Shown: positions 8,493 to 16,311 of the stretch, one piece after another | How positions within the stretch are numbered: the stretch's first letter is position 1 | Layout of the letters: each line of letters begins with the position of its first letter | Source: Thalassotalea euphylliae | GTDB taxonomy: Bacteria; Pseudomonadota; Gammaproteobacteria; Enterobacterales; Alteromonadaceae | DNA length: 24,000 bases | Assembly: GCF_003390375.1 (NCBI RefSeq) | Contig: NZ_QUOT01000001.1 | Span: 1,927,822 to 1,951,821 of the forward strand | Direction: 5' to 3' | Notes under the pieces: generated by a model | The model's input: only the letters and a program-made list of their open reading frames with translations | Told to the model about the DNA's origin: nothing | Databases searched by the model: none | Program-made: the position numbers and the translations under genes

Positions 8493-9624
8493 CCGACAGC
8501 TCTGATAACAAGGTGATGGTCATGGTTTGGTTATGCAAACCACAACGGCCAGCAGGCACAATGGGGGAAATTTCGCCATAAGAGTAAAAACCTGTCATCG
8601 CACAATTTACTGGTAAGGTTTCTTCAACAATTTCGAGCTCTTCTTCTACGCGCTGAGCCAGCACTAGCCTGCGGCCAACGCAGCTCATTAATATTGCCAA
8701 TTGAGGTTCTATTTGATCAAAAAAAGTGAGTGCTTGCTCAGCTGAATCTTGCGCACCATCGACAAGATGATCATAATTTGCGCGCATTAGTTGGCAACTT
8801 GCCCCCTCTGGCATATTGCCCGCAAAAATCATACTTTGGCGTTGTTCATCAATATTTAAAATCGTGCGCACCACAGGTTGCTCTTGCTGCTCAGTTTTCA
8901 TCGCAAGCGGAAAACGTAGCGCAGAGGCTGGCAAGTTTTCGGCATGCTCACCTAAAAACTCTTTATACAATTCGAGCGCTGGCTTACCGTCAATTTCAAA
9001 TAACTCATTATCTTCTGAACGAGTAATTTCGCGCATGGGGCCAAACTCTCGCCAACCGCCAAGGTGACCATGCCCAACCACTAACGCATCGCCGTATAAA
9101 CCAACGATGACAACTAAGCCACTGACTTTTTGGTCATTATGCCAAACAATGGTTTCTTGAAATTTAGCTGCATCCCCCGCTAACCCACCGGTAACAACAA
9201 CATTTTCTGGCAGCACGCCACTAATCCCAGCAATGAGCTCAGAGCCGTTAATTGCCTGACCGTCAGAAATAACAAAGGCGTGCTTAAGCCCTTGTGCTGG
9301 AATACCACGCGCTAACGCTTGGCCAAGTTGAAAGCTATTATTAAAATCACTCGCTAGCTGACTAAAAACTTCGACATTTACACGGTCAAATTCAATCGCT
9401 GTTAAACACAAGGTGTCATCGTGTAACTGCGCACCTTGTATCTCACCACTGGTGGTGCAGCCGACAATTTGTGCATTTGGGAAAGCTTGTTGAATATCAG
9501 TGTAAAGCGTTTGATCTAAGGCAAAGTCACGATTGCCATACGTCATCACCAACTGCGCAGACGAATGTTGGACAAGTAGTGTTGACCAAGCAGACGCTCG
9601 ATAAATTGACTGAAATGTTTTCAT
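8485..9624 (-). CDS. FIST (N- and C-domain) sensory protein
   Basis: 379-aa cytoplasmic ORF with FIST-like motifs (IVGCTTSGEI, VVVTGGLAGD, FYSYGEISP). Directly upstream of, and overlapping, the GGDEF-EAL gene. Confidence 0.75.
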   Translation of the reverse strand: MKTFQSIYRASAWSTLLVQHSSAQLVMTYGNRDFALDQTLYTDIQQAFPNAQIVGCTTSGEIQGAQLHDDTLCLTAIEFDRVNVEVFSQLASDFNNSFQLGQALARGIPAQGLKHAFVISDGQAINGSELIAGISGVLPENVVVTGGLAGDAAKFQETIVWHNDQKVSGLVVIVGLYGDALVVGHGHLGGWREFGPMREITRSEDNELFEIDGKPALELYKEFLGEHAENLPASALRFPLAMKTEQQEQPVVRTILNIDEQRQSMIFAGNMPEGASCQLMRANYDHLVDGAQDSAEQALTFFDQIEPQLAILMSCVGRRLVLAQRVEEELEIVEETLPVNCAMTGFYSYGEISPIVPAGRCGLHNQTMTITLLSELSGD

Positions 9625-9905
9625 TACTTCCTCATTTCTAAAGCAACTTACGGCACTATCTTCTACTAATAACTGCGGGTAACTGCTACTTCGACTAACA
9701 ATAAATATGATTAATACGATCAGTGACTAATCTTACCAAGTCGTACTAAAGTTACAATATGTAACAAACTATCTATGCTCTTGATATTAGCAGATATACG
9801 TGAAGCCTTCGCAAGCAAGCTCGCGCACTTAGTCTTCAATTTGCTGTTTAGATCAACACTAGGTCATTCATTACGTTTTATTACTGCCATAGTTGACCTA
9901 CAAAT

Positions 9906-9928
9906 TGTTATAATTATTACAAATTTTT
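9906..9928 (+). promoter_or_regulatory. Candidate extended -10 promoter of upp, with a T-tract in the initially transcribed region
   Basis: TGtTATAAT at 9906-9914. Predicted start around A9921-A9923, followed by TTTTT (9924-9928), then SD AAGGA (9933-9937) and the ATG at 9943. Confidence 0.45.
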
Positions 9929-9942
9929 GATTAAGGAAAACC

Positions 9943-10572
9943 ATGGCTGTTCACGAAATTACTCACCCGCTTGTTCAACACAAACTTGGCTTAATGCGCG
10001 CTAACGGCATTAGCACAAAAAGCTTTCGCGAGTTTTGCTCTGAAATTGGTACTTTGCTGACCTATGAAGCAACACGACAGTTACCAACAGAAACAAAAAC
10101 CATTGACGGCTGGCAAGGTACGCCAATTGACGTTGAGCACATTAAGGGTAAAAAAATCACACTAGTGCCTATTTTACGTGCAGGTTTAGGCATGTTAGAC
10201 GGCGTTATGTCGTTACTACCAAGTGCCAAAGTCAGTGTCGTTGGCTTATATCGTGATGAAGAAACGTTAGAAGCCGTACCATATTTTGACAAGGTCGTTG
10301 CTGATATTGACGAACGCACGGCACTGATTGTTGACCCTATGCTGGCGACTGGCGGTACCTTAATTGCCACCATCGATTTGCTTAAGAAAAAAGGCTGTAA
10401 AGACATTATGGGCCTATTCTTGGTAGCTTCTCCTGAAGGTATCGAAAAGCTCGAAGCAGCGCACCCTGATGTGGATATTTATGTCGCATCGGTTGACGAT
10501 CACTTAAACGACAAAGGCTATATTATTCCTGGCCTAGGCGACGCAGGCGATAAGATTTTCGGTACTAAGTAA
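9943..10572 (+). CDS. upp: Uracil phosphoribosyltransferase
   Basis: 209-aa ORF, full-length match by eye to Upp ([24 protein letters not shown] loop [11 protein letters not shown]-terminal [17 protein letters not shown]). Confidence 0.97.
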   Translation: MAVHEITHPLVQHKLGLMRANGISTKSFREFCSEIGTLLTYEATRQLPTETKTIDGWQGTPIDVEHIKGKKITLVPILRAGLGMLDGVMSLLPSAKVSVVGLYRDEETLEAVPYFDKVVADIDERTALIVDPMLATGGTLIATIDLLKKKGCKDIMGLFLVASPEGIEKLEAAHPDVDIYVASVDDHLNDKGYIIPGLGDAGDKIFGTK

Positions 10573-10573
10573 C

Positions 10574-11785
10574 ATGCAGCAATTGAAAACCCCATTACTT
10601 GGGTTACAAATGCTGTTTGTAGCCTTTGGGGCGCTTGTTTTAGTGCCTATCTTAACGGGATTAGATCCCAACGTTGCCCTGTTTACTGCGGGTATTGGTA
10701 CTTTGGTGTTTCAGTTGGTGACGAAACGCCAAGTCCCTATTTTCTTAGCTTCCTCTTTTGCCTTTATCGCCCCCATTAGCTACGGCGTCGCCACTTGGGG
10801 CATCGCCGCCACCATGTCTGGCCTAGCCGCCGCTGGTGTCTTGTATATGGCACTGGGGTTACTTGTGGCATGGCAAGGCAACCAAATCATTCATCGCGTT
10901 TTACCTGCCGTTGTGGTGGCGCCTGTGATCATTGTGATTGGCCTAAACTTAGCCCCTGTTGGTGTGAACATGGCGCTTGGTAAAACAGGTGATGGCGCGG
11001 TTCAGTTGGTTGAAGCAAGTACAGCATTAACCATCTCGCTAACGGCGCTAGCGGTTACGGTATTGGTCTCACTTTTAGGTAAAGGGCTCTTTAAGTTAGT
11101 ACCGATTTTAATTGGTTTAACCGTTGGCTACTTGCTTTCGTTATACTTCGGCATCGTTAATTTTGATTCCGTAAGTGAAGCTGCATGGTTTGCTTTACCT
11201 AACTTCACTGCACCAGAGTTTCACTGGGAAGCGATTCTGTTTATTTTACCAATAGCCATTGCGCCAGCAGTTGAGCATATTGGTGATATCACGGCAATTT
11301 CCAATGTGGCTGGTAAAGATTTTCTCGAAAAGCCGGGCTTAAAGCGCACGCTTATGGGGGATGGCTTAGCCACTTCAGCTGCAGCACTTTTCGGCGGTCC
11401 ACCAAATACGACTTACTCAGAAGTCACTGGCGCGGTTGCTTTAACCAAGTCATTTAACCCAGTTATTATGACTTGGGCAGCTGTTTTTGCTATCGGTTTA
11501 TCTTTCTTAGGAAAAACAGGTGCACTACTAGCAACTATTCCTGTACCTGTGATGGGTGGCATTATGGTATTGCTGTTTGGTGCCATTGCTGTTGTTGGTT
11601 TAAAAACACTAATCACCGCACAAGTCGACCTTGGCAAAGGTAAAAATATGGCGATTGTTGCTGTAGCTCTGGTATTTGGCCTTGGCGGTATGCAGTTTGA
11701 TTTGGGCTTATTCCAACTGCAAGGTATAGCGTTGGCTGCAATCTCGGCAATTGCGCTTAACCTATTATTGCCAAATGAGAAGTAA
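10574..11785 (+). CDS. uraA: Uracil permease (NCS2 / uracil-xanthine permease family)
   Basis: 403-aa polytopic ORF starting 1 nt after the upp stop. NCS2 motifs (LQMLFVAFGALVLVP, AVEHIGDI, PPNTTYSEVTGAVALT, PVPVMGGI). The upp-uraA operon order is conserved. Confidence 0.9.
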   Translation: MQQLKTPLLGLQMLFVAFGALVLVPILTGLDPNVALFTAGIGTLVFQLVTKRQVPIFLASSFAFIAPISYGVATWGIAATMSGLAAAGVLYMALGLLVAWQGNQIIHRVLPAVVVAPVIIVIGLNLAPVGVNMALGKTGDGAVQLVEASTALTISLTALAVTVLVSLLGKGLFKLVPILIGLTVGYLLSLYFGIVNFDSVSEAAWFALPNFTAPEFHWEAILFILPIAIAPAVEHIGDITAISNVAGKDFLEKPGLKRTLMGDGLATSAAALFGGPPNTTYSEVTGAVALTKSFNPVIMTWAAVFAIGLSFLGKTGALLATIPVPVMGGIMVLLFGAIAVVGLKTLITAQVDLGKGKNMAIVAVALVFGLGGMQFDLGLFQLQGIALAAISAIALNLLLPNEK

Positions 11786-11835
11786 GTTTTACGTTTAGTT
11801 TAACTGGCATCTGTCGGCATGAAAAATATCGACAT

Positions 11836-11870
11836 AAAAAAATCCACCGAATAAGGTGGATTTTTTATTT
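11836..11870. terminator. Bidirectional rho-independent terminator after uraA, also downstream of the small minus-strand ORF
   Basis: aaaaaaaTCCACC-gaataa-GGTGGAtttttt. A-run on one side and T-run on the other. Confidence 0.7.
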
Positions 11871-11889
11871 CTGCGAGCATCTATAAAAA

Positions 11890-12054
11890 TTAGTAAAAAT
11901 CTGAGTACTTAATATTCAATAAGGCAATGGCAATTGCGCCAACAACGGGAAACAAAGCCAAAAACAGTTTCCAAGCGGCATGACTTTTACCTATCGATAC
12001 AAGTTGTGAAGCAATCAGCATTCCTATTAATACCATTAATTTGACAAGTAACAT
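11890..12054 (-). CDS. Small hydrophobic protein (54 aa, two predicted TM segments). Below the 60-aa cutoff of the ORF track.
   Basis: Minus-strand GGAGG (12059-12063), 4 nt, then ATG at 12054. Translation MLLVKLMVLIGMLIASQLVSIGKSHAAWKLFLALFPVVGAIAIALLNIKYSDFY, stop at 11890-11892. Sits in an otherwise empty 440-nt gap and ends just before the bidirectional terminator. Confidence 0.45.
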   Translation of the reverse strand: MLLVKLMVLIGMLIASQLVSIGKSHAAWKLFLALFPVVGAIAIALLNIKYSDFY

Positions 12055-12186
12055 AACGCCTCCTTACGCATATGTTTCAACGTCTTAACTCAATAGTTAA
12101 ATTAATTTCACCTGTTAGAACGAATCGCCGACTATCCTTTAAAACATAGACCTTTTTAGTATTAATCAATAAACAACAAAATTGCA

Positions 12187-12202
12187 CTGTCAGTTCTGAC
12201 AG
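12187..12202. promoter_or_regulatory. lux-box-like palindrome (CTG-N10-CAG) upstream of the LuxR-type gene
   Basis: aCTGTCAG-tt-CTGACAGgt. Perfect 7-bp inverted arms, ending 24 nt before the ATG at 12227. Confidence 0.35.
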
Positions 12203-12226
12203 GTATTTACAGGATGTAGATGTGAG

Positions 12227-12937
12227 ATGGAATGGGACGATATTTATCAGCTGATAAAATGTCAGCGAGAAGCCGAACTCGTCAATTTGTTTGAGCAACA
12301 GCTCATTAAAATTGGCATTAAAAGCTTTGGTTACTTTCAGTTTAACGCACAACACCCCAGTGAATTAAATGTGATTAGTACCTACCCTCAACAATGGGTC
12401 GATGAATATATCGCCAAGAACTACCTACAACTAGACACTACCATTCCACTATCTGTTGTGAGCAATTCGCCTGTGCCCTGGTCATACGCGAAACAATGCA
12501 GTAACGGCAAAGCGCAATTTGGCTTTTGGCAGCAGGTCAAAGCTCACAAACTCAATGCTGGCGCTTCAATACCACTAAGTAATAATAAACTTCAAATAGC
12601 TGGTTTAGGTTGCGCCATAGACAATGAGGCAGAAACTAAATGGCTTGAACAGTATGGCAAGCAACTTGAGATCACCTCTACCGTATTTCATCAAAAACTT
12701 TGTGCCTTAAAAAGTTGCCCAAATGTTGCCATTCAGCAGCTAAAATTAACCCATCGAGAAATAGAGTGCGGTAAATGGTTAAGTAATGGCTGCACATATA
12801 ACGAGGTCGGTAAAAAGCTCAATATTTCTGAACGAACAGCGAGATTTCATTTAGAGAATATAAAGCTTAAGCTGGGGGCAAAAAATAAGGAGCAAGTAAT
12901 ATCTAAACTCGTCGCACATCAGATCATTACTCCTTAA
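12227..12937 (+). CDS. LuxR-family transcriptional regulator with an N-terminal autoinducer-binding-type domain (LuxR solo within this window)
   Basis: 236-aa ORF. C-terminal GerE/LuxR HTH (LTHREIECGKWLSNGCTYNEVGKKLNISERTARFHLENIKLKLGAKNKEQ). N-terminal YPQQW57VDEY61...LD70T...PW85 matches the spacing of conserved AHL-pocket residues. Confidence 0.85.
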   Translation: MEWDDIYQLIKCQREAELVNLFEQQLIKIGIKSFGYFQFNAQHPSELNVISTYPQQWVDEYIAKNYLQLDTTIPLSVVSNSPVPWSYAKQCSNGKAQFGFWQQVKAHKLNAGASIPLSNNKLQIAGLGCAIDNEAETKWLEQYGKQLEITSTVFHQKLCALKSCPNVAIQQLKLTHREIECGKWLSNGCTYNEVGKKLNISERTARFHLENIKLKLGAKNKEQVISKLVAHQIITP

Positions 12938-12947
12938 CTATCAACAG

Positions 12948-13399
12948 TCAGGTGTTAGGCCTTTTAGGTACCACTATTGTTGAGACATAACTACAGACTT
13001 CTTGCTGCTCTTGATTTGTCGCAGACACAGCAATAGTAATCAATCCTTGTTCGGGCTTTGAACTAGACGCTTTAGCTTCAATGACCGTGACCTTAGCTTG
13101 CAAGCTATCACCAGGGCGAACAGCTTGATTAAATCGAAGCTTATCTACACCTGCGCCAATTAAGCCACCAGCAGGTTTAGCATCACTTGCCACAATTAAT
13201 TTCATGGTAATAGCTGCCGTATGCCAACCACTGGCCACTAACCCTTTAAAAAAACTACTTTTGGCTTGTTCTTCATTGGTATGAAATGGCTGCGGGTCAA
13301 ATTGCTGAGCAAATTCGATAATTTGCTCAGCAGTGACTTGATGTTGTTTGTTGTGAATACTTGGCCAACGACAAAATCTTCAAGAAATATTTGCTTCAT
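12948..13399 (-). pseudogene. MaoC-like (R)-specific enoyl-CoA hydratase / hotdog-fold dehydratase, interrupted by a frameshift
   Basis: N-terminus MKQIFLEDFVVGQVFTT... reads from ATG 13399 (SD AGGGA upstream) and hits TAG at 13238-13240. The rest (HQVTAEQIIEFAQQFDPQPFHTNEEQAKSSFFKGLVASGWHTAAITMKL...) is in another frame, open from 13379 to 12948. The two frames join in the ACAACAAACAAC tract near 13343-13354. Confidence 0.7.
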
Positions 13400-13430
13400 A
13401 AAAATCCCTTTAAAGCTTTACATTAGCAGT

Positions 13431-14174
13431 TTATTGCACCTTGTACTGCTGACGATATTTTTTGACTAATTTATGGGTGCATATACCACCAATGACCCCC
13501 GGCAGCACCCAAAACATAATCTGCCACTGATCACTTACAATATTGGCGAGTAGTTGGCGACCACCAAAAGCAAAAAACGCGGTGTAAGCCCCAATACCTG
13601 CTCCAATAATATGACGCAAATGCTGAATTAGCCATTCTCTTGGTTGAATAGACGGTTTAAAAATATAGTGCAGTAATTGGTAGCTATTCACCAAACACAA
13701 AGCGCTAAACACCTGCAATAAGACAAAAGAATATTTAGTACCTAAATAACCTACATAAGGCGAAATTACCGCCATAGTGAGAATTGGCAACAGGTGCGGC
13801 CATTGACGCAGTGCCTGTCGGTTTTCACGACATTTCAATACGAGTACCGAGTGGCGTGTACTGTTAAGCACCAGTAGCGACAACATCAGTAAGAACCAAG
13901 CAAACATTTCGCTCCACCACACCAGCTTATCGGCCTCGGCACCAGATAATGAAGATGAAGGATCTTTAATGGCTAACGGATCGAATAACACCATTAAAGT
14001 GATAGCAACCCCAGATAAACTGACAGCGAGCATCCCAAACTCAAACCACTTGCCTGACCGCTTGTGAAAATGCCCGCCTTTTTTGGCAATAACAGGCAAC
14101 CAAAAAGTGATTAATGACACACTGCCAACCACAATGTGTAAAAACAGTAAAACGGAATAAATTGAATAGTACAT
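13431..14174 (-). CDS. Polytopic inner-membrane protein of unknown function (about 6 TM)
   Basis: 247-aa ORF with repeated hydrophobic segments and positive loops (KKGGHFHKRSGK). Ends 31 nt upstream of the MaoC-like start on the same strand. No family recognised by eye. Confidence 0.6.
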   Translation of the reverse strand: MYYSIYSVLLFLHIVVGSVSLITFWLPVIAKKGGHFHKRSGKWFEFGMLAVSLSGVAITLMVLFDPLAIKDPSSSLSGAEADKLVWWSEMFAWFLLMLSLLVLNSTRHSVLVLKCRENRQALRQWPHLLPILTMAVISPYVGYLGTKYSFVLLQVFSALCLVNSYQLLHYIFKPSIQPREWLIQHLRHIIGAGIGAYTAFFAFGGRQLLANIVSDQWQIMFWVLPGVIGGICTHKLVKKYRQQYKVQ

Positions 14175-14232
14175 ATTTTCTCTCCCTAAGTTGTTGGAAG
14201 TAGTCTACGCACTGCTATTTGGCGACATCAGT

Positions 14233-14267
14233 GCCAAAGGTCACGATTTAAAAACATGACTTTTGGC
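14233..14267. promoter_or_regulatory. Imperfect inverted repeat in the divergent promoter region. Candidate operator.
   Basis: GCCAAAGGTCACG-N9-CATGACTTTTGGC, 11 of 13 positions complementary. Lies between the membrane-protein gene (-) and the kinase gene (+). A perfect TATAAT sits at 14310-14315, 27 nt before the kinase ATG. Confidence 0.3.
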
Positions 14268-14341
14268 CTATAGGTTTTTACGACTTAATCTGAAATAATC
14301 CTTAAAAGCTATAATCGTCAACAGGTTACCAATAAGAAGAT

Positions 14342-15505
14342 ATGTATAAAGCCATCGCTAAAATTAGCCAACACTGTGAGCGACTTGATGTTTTAGCTGT
14401 TGTGACTTGGGGGTTAGTACTTGCCATTTCACTGTACGCCTTACCTTCACAAACCGCCAACGTGCAAGCAAATACATTGGGGATTGCCATTTGTTTCGCC
14501 GCTTATATTGTCTGTTTTTTTGGTGCGACCAAACTTAATAAAGCGTCACTCTTTGGCCGTGCCCATCAAGTATTTTTGGGATTACAACTAGCGAGTGCAT
14601 TTGCCATTATGTTAATGCTGCCACTCGACTTTATTCCTATCCTTACCATTATTTGGGCTGGCATGCTGATTAATTTCTGCCGATTTGAAACGGCGTTACT
14701 CATTATTATTGCGCTAGTCGTCGTGTGGTTTAGCCTCTATGGTTGGCGTTGGCAAAAAGACCATGTGCTACTGACGGGCTCTCTCTATGGCACGTTTCAT
14801 ATTTTTAGCTTGCTGATGAGCCAACAAACACAAAAAGCCAAACAAGCGAGCGAACAAGCGAATGAACTTAACCGCCAGTTACTCGCCACTCAGCAATTGT
14901 TAACACAATCGACAAAGCAACATGAACGCACACGCATTGCTCGTGAACTTCACGACTTACTTGGTCATCATCTCACTGCGTTAACCATAAACCTGCAAGT
15001 GTCATCTCATTTATGTGAGCGAGATGGCAACTCAGCCGCGAAAGAAAAAGTTGATGAAAGCTATGCGCTTGCCAAACTCTTGTTAAGCGATGTACGCGAG
15101 GCGGTCAGCACAATTAAGGCGAATCAAGCTATTGACGTGCAGTCAGCAATTGAGGCGCTTGTCGCTGGCGTACCTGCACTCAAGGTACACCACTCGATTC
15201 AAACAGATATCCAACTTGATTCGTTTGAACTGGCAAATACCTTAGTTCGCATCAGCCAAGAAGCGATCACCAATACGCTGCGTCATAGCGGTGCTAGTGA
15301 ATTTTGGCTCTCCATTACCCAGCAACGAGACGAAATTCAGCTAAAAATTTATGACAATGGCACTGCTCCCGCGAAGCTAGTCGCGGGTAATGGACTGTCA
15401 GGTATTACAGAGCGTGCAGAACTTCTTGGCGGCACAGTAAACTTCAATCGTGAAAATGATGGGTTAACGATTGTGGTTAATTTGCCTAATCACATACGCC
15501 AATAA
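14342..15505 (+). CDS. Sensor histidine kinase, HisKA_3 / DesK-LiaS-like, with a multi-TM N-terminus and no obvious periplasmic domain
   Basis: 387-aa ORF. About 5 hydrophobic segments with short loops in the first 170 aa. H-box ERTRIARELHDLLGHHLTAL. HATPase motifs (EAITNTLRHSGA, DNG, GNGLSGITERAELLGG). Confidence 0.88.
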   Translation: MYKAIAKISQHCERLDVLAVVTWGLVLAISLYALPSQTANVQANTLGIAICFAAYIVCFFGATKLNKASLFGRAHQVFLGLQLASAFAIMLMLPLDFIPILTIIWAGMLINFCRFETALLIIIALVVVWFSLYGWRWQKDHVLLTGSLYGTFHIFSLLMSQQTQKAKQASEQANELNRQLLATQQLLTQSTKQHERTRIARELHDLLGHHLTALTINLQVSSHLCERDGNSAAKEKVDESYALAKLLLSDVREAVSTIKANQAIDVQSAIEALVAGVPALKVHHSIQTDIQLDSFELANTLVRISQEAITNTLRHSGASEFWLSITQQRDEIQLKIYDNGTAPAKLVAGNGLSGITERAELLGGTVNFNRENDGLTIVVNLPNHIRQ

Positions 15506-15545
15506 ATTTAGCATGCAACACCAAGAAAAAAGCGAGACTTTATAA

Positions 15546-16202
15546 GTGACTATAAAACTACTACTCGTAGACGACCAAACCTTAGTTAGGCAAGGAATTA
15601 AAAGCTTACTTGCGCTATCAGAAAAAGTCACTGTGAGCGCTGAAGCTAGCGATGGCACACAAGTATTAACGCAAGTAGCAGCACATAAGCCTGATGTGAT
15701 TTTGCTCGATATCTCTATGCCAAAAATGGACGGTATTGAAACTTTAGTGCAGTTAACGCAAGCGGGAATTGCTACGCCCGTTATTATTCTGACTACTTTC
15801 GACGATTCAGAGCTGGTTCTCAAAGGGATGCAAGCGGGTGCAAAGGGCTACTTACTTAAAGACGTATCACTGGAGTCACTTATTAGTGCCATTGAAGCGG
15901 TTCATAATGGGCAAACTATGGTGCAGCCCGCAGTTACAGAACGGCTGTTAAAAGGTATTACTAAAGTTAACGGTCTTAGTGATGATTTTACTGCACCTAC
16001 TCCGTTAGAGCCGCTGACTCCAAAAGAGATAGAAGTACTGAGACTGATGGCGAGCGGCTATTCCAACAAAGAAATATCAGGTGCCTTATTTAAATCTGAA
16101 GGTACCATTAAAAATCATGTTTCCAGCATTTTAACCAAGCTCGGCGTCAGAGATCGCACTAGAGCAGTATTATTAGCGATAGAGCAAGGTATTTTATGTT
16201 AA
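15546..16202 (+). CDS. NarL/LuxR-family response regulator (REC + GerE HTH)
   Basis: 218-aa ORF. REC motifs LLLVDDQ, DVILLDISMP, LTTF, KGYLLK. C-terminal LTPKEIEVLRLMASGYSNKEISGALFKSEGTIKNHVSSILTKLGVRDRT. GTG start 40 nt after the kinase stop. Confidence 0.9.
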   Translation: MTIKLLLVDDQTLVRQGIKSLLALSEKVTVSAEASDGTQVLTQVAAHKPDVILLDISMPKMDGIETLVQLTQAGIATPVIILTTFDDSELVLKGMQAGAKGYLLKDVSLESLISAIEAVHNGQTMVQPAVTERLLKGITKVNGLSDDFTAPTPLEPLTPKEIEVLRLMASGYSNKEISGALFKSEGTIKNHVSSILTKLGVRDRTRAVLLAIEQGILC

Positions 16203-16311
16203 AGTACTGTTAACACTCACTAAGCTTGTTGTATGCTCTTTCACTTGCTTACCAGCATAAGTAAGTGCGTTTATTCGATTTGTCAGGCACTGTCGTTCTA
16301 GGAGAAGTAAC

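Noticed and set aside
12077-12355. 92-aa minus-strand ORF overlapping the start of the LuxR-type gene.
   Set aside because: It overlaps the 5' end of a well-supported gene and its upstream palindrome. The translation has no motif and no SD was seen. Judged a chance ORF in AT-rich DNA.
13266-13469. 67-aa plus-strand ORF.
   Set aside because: It is antisense to the N-terminal part of the MaoC-like gene and the end of the membrane-protein gene. The minus-strand reading has clear family similarity, and this one has none.
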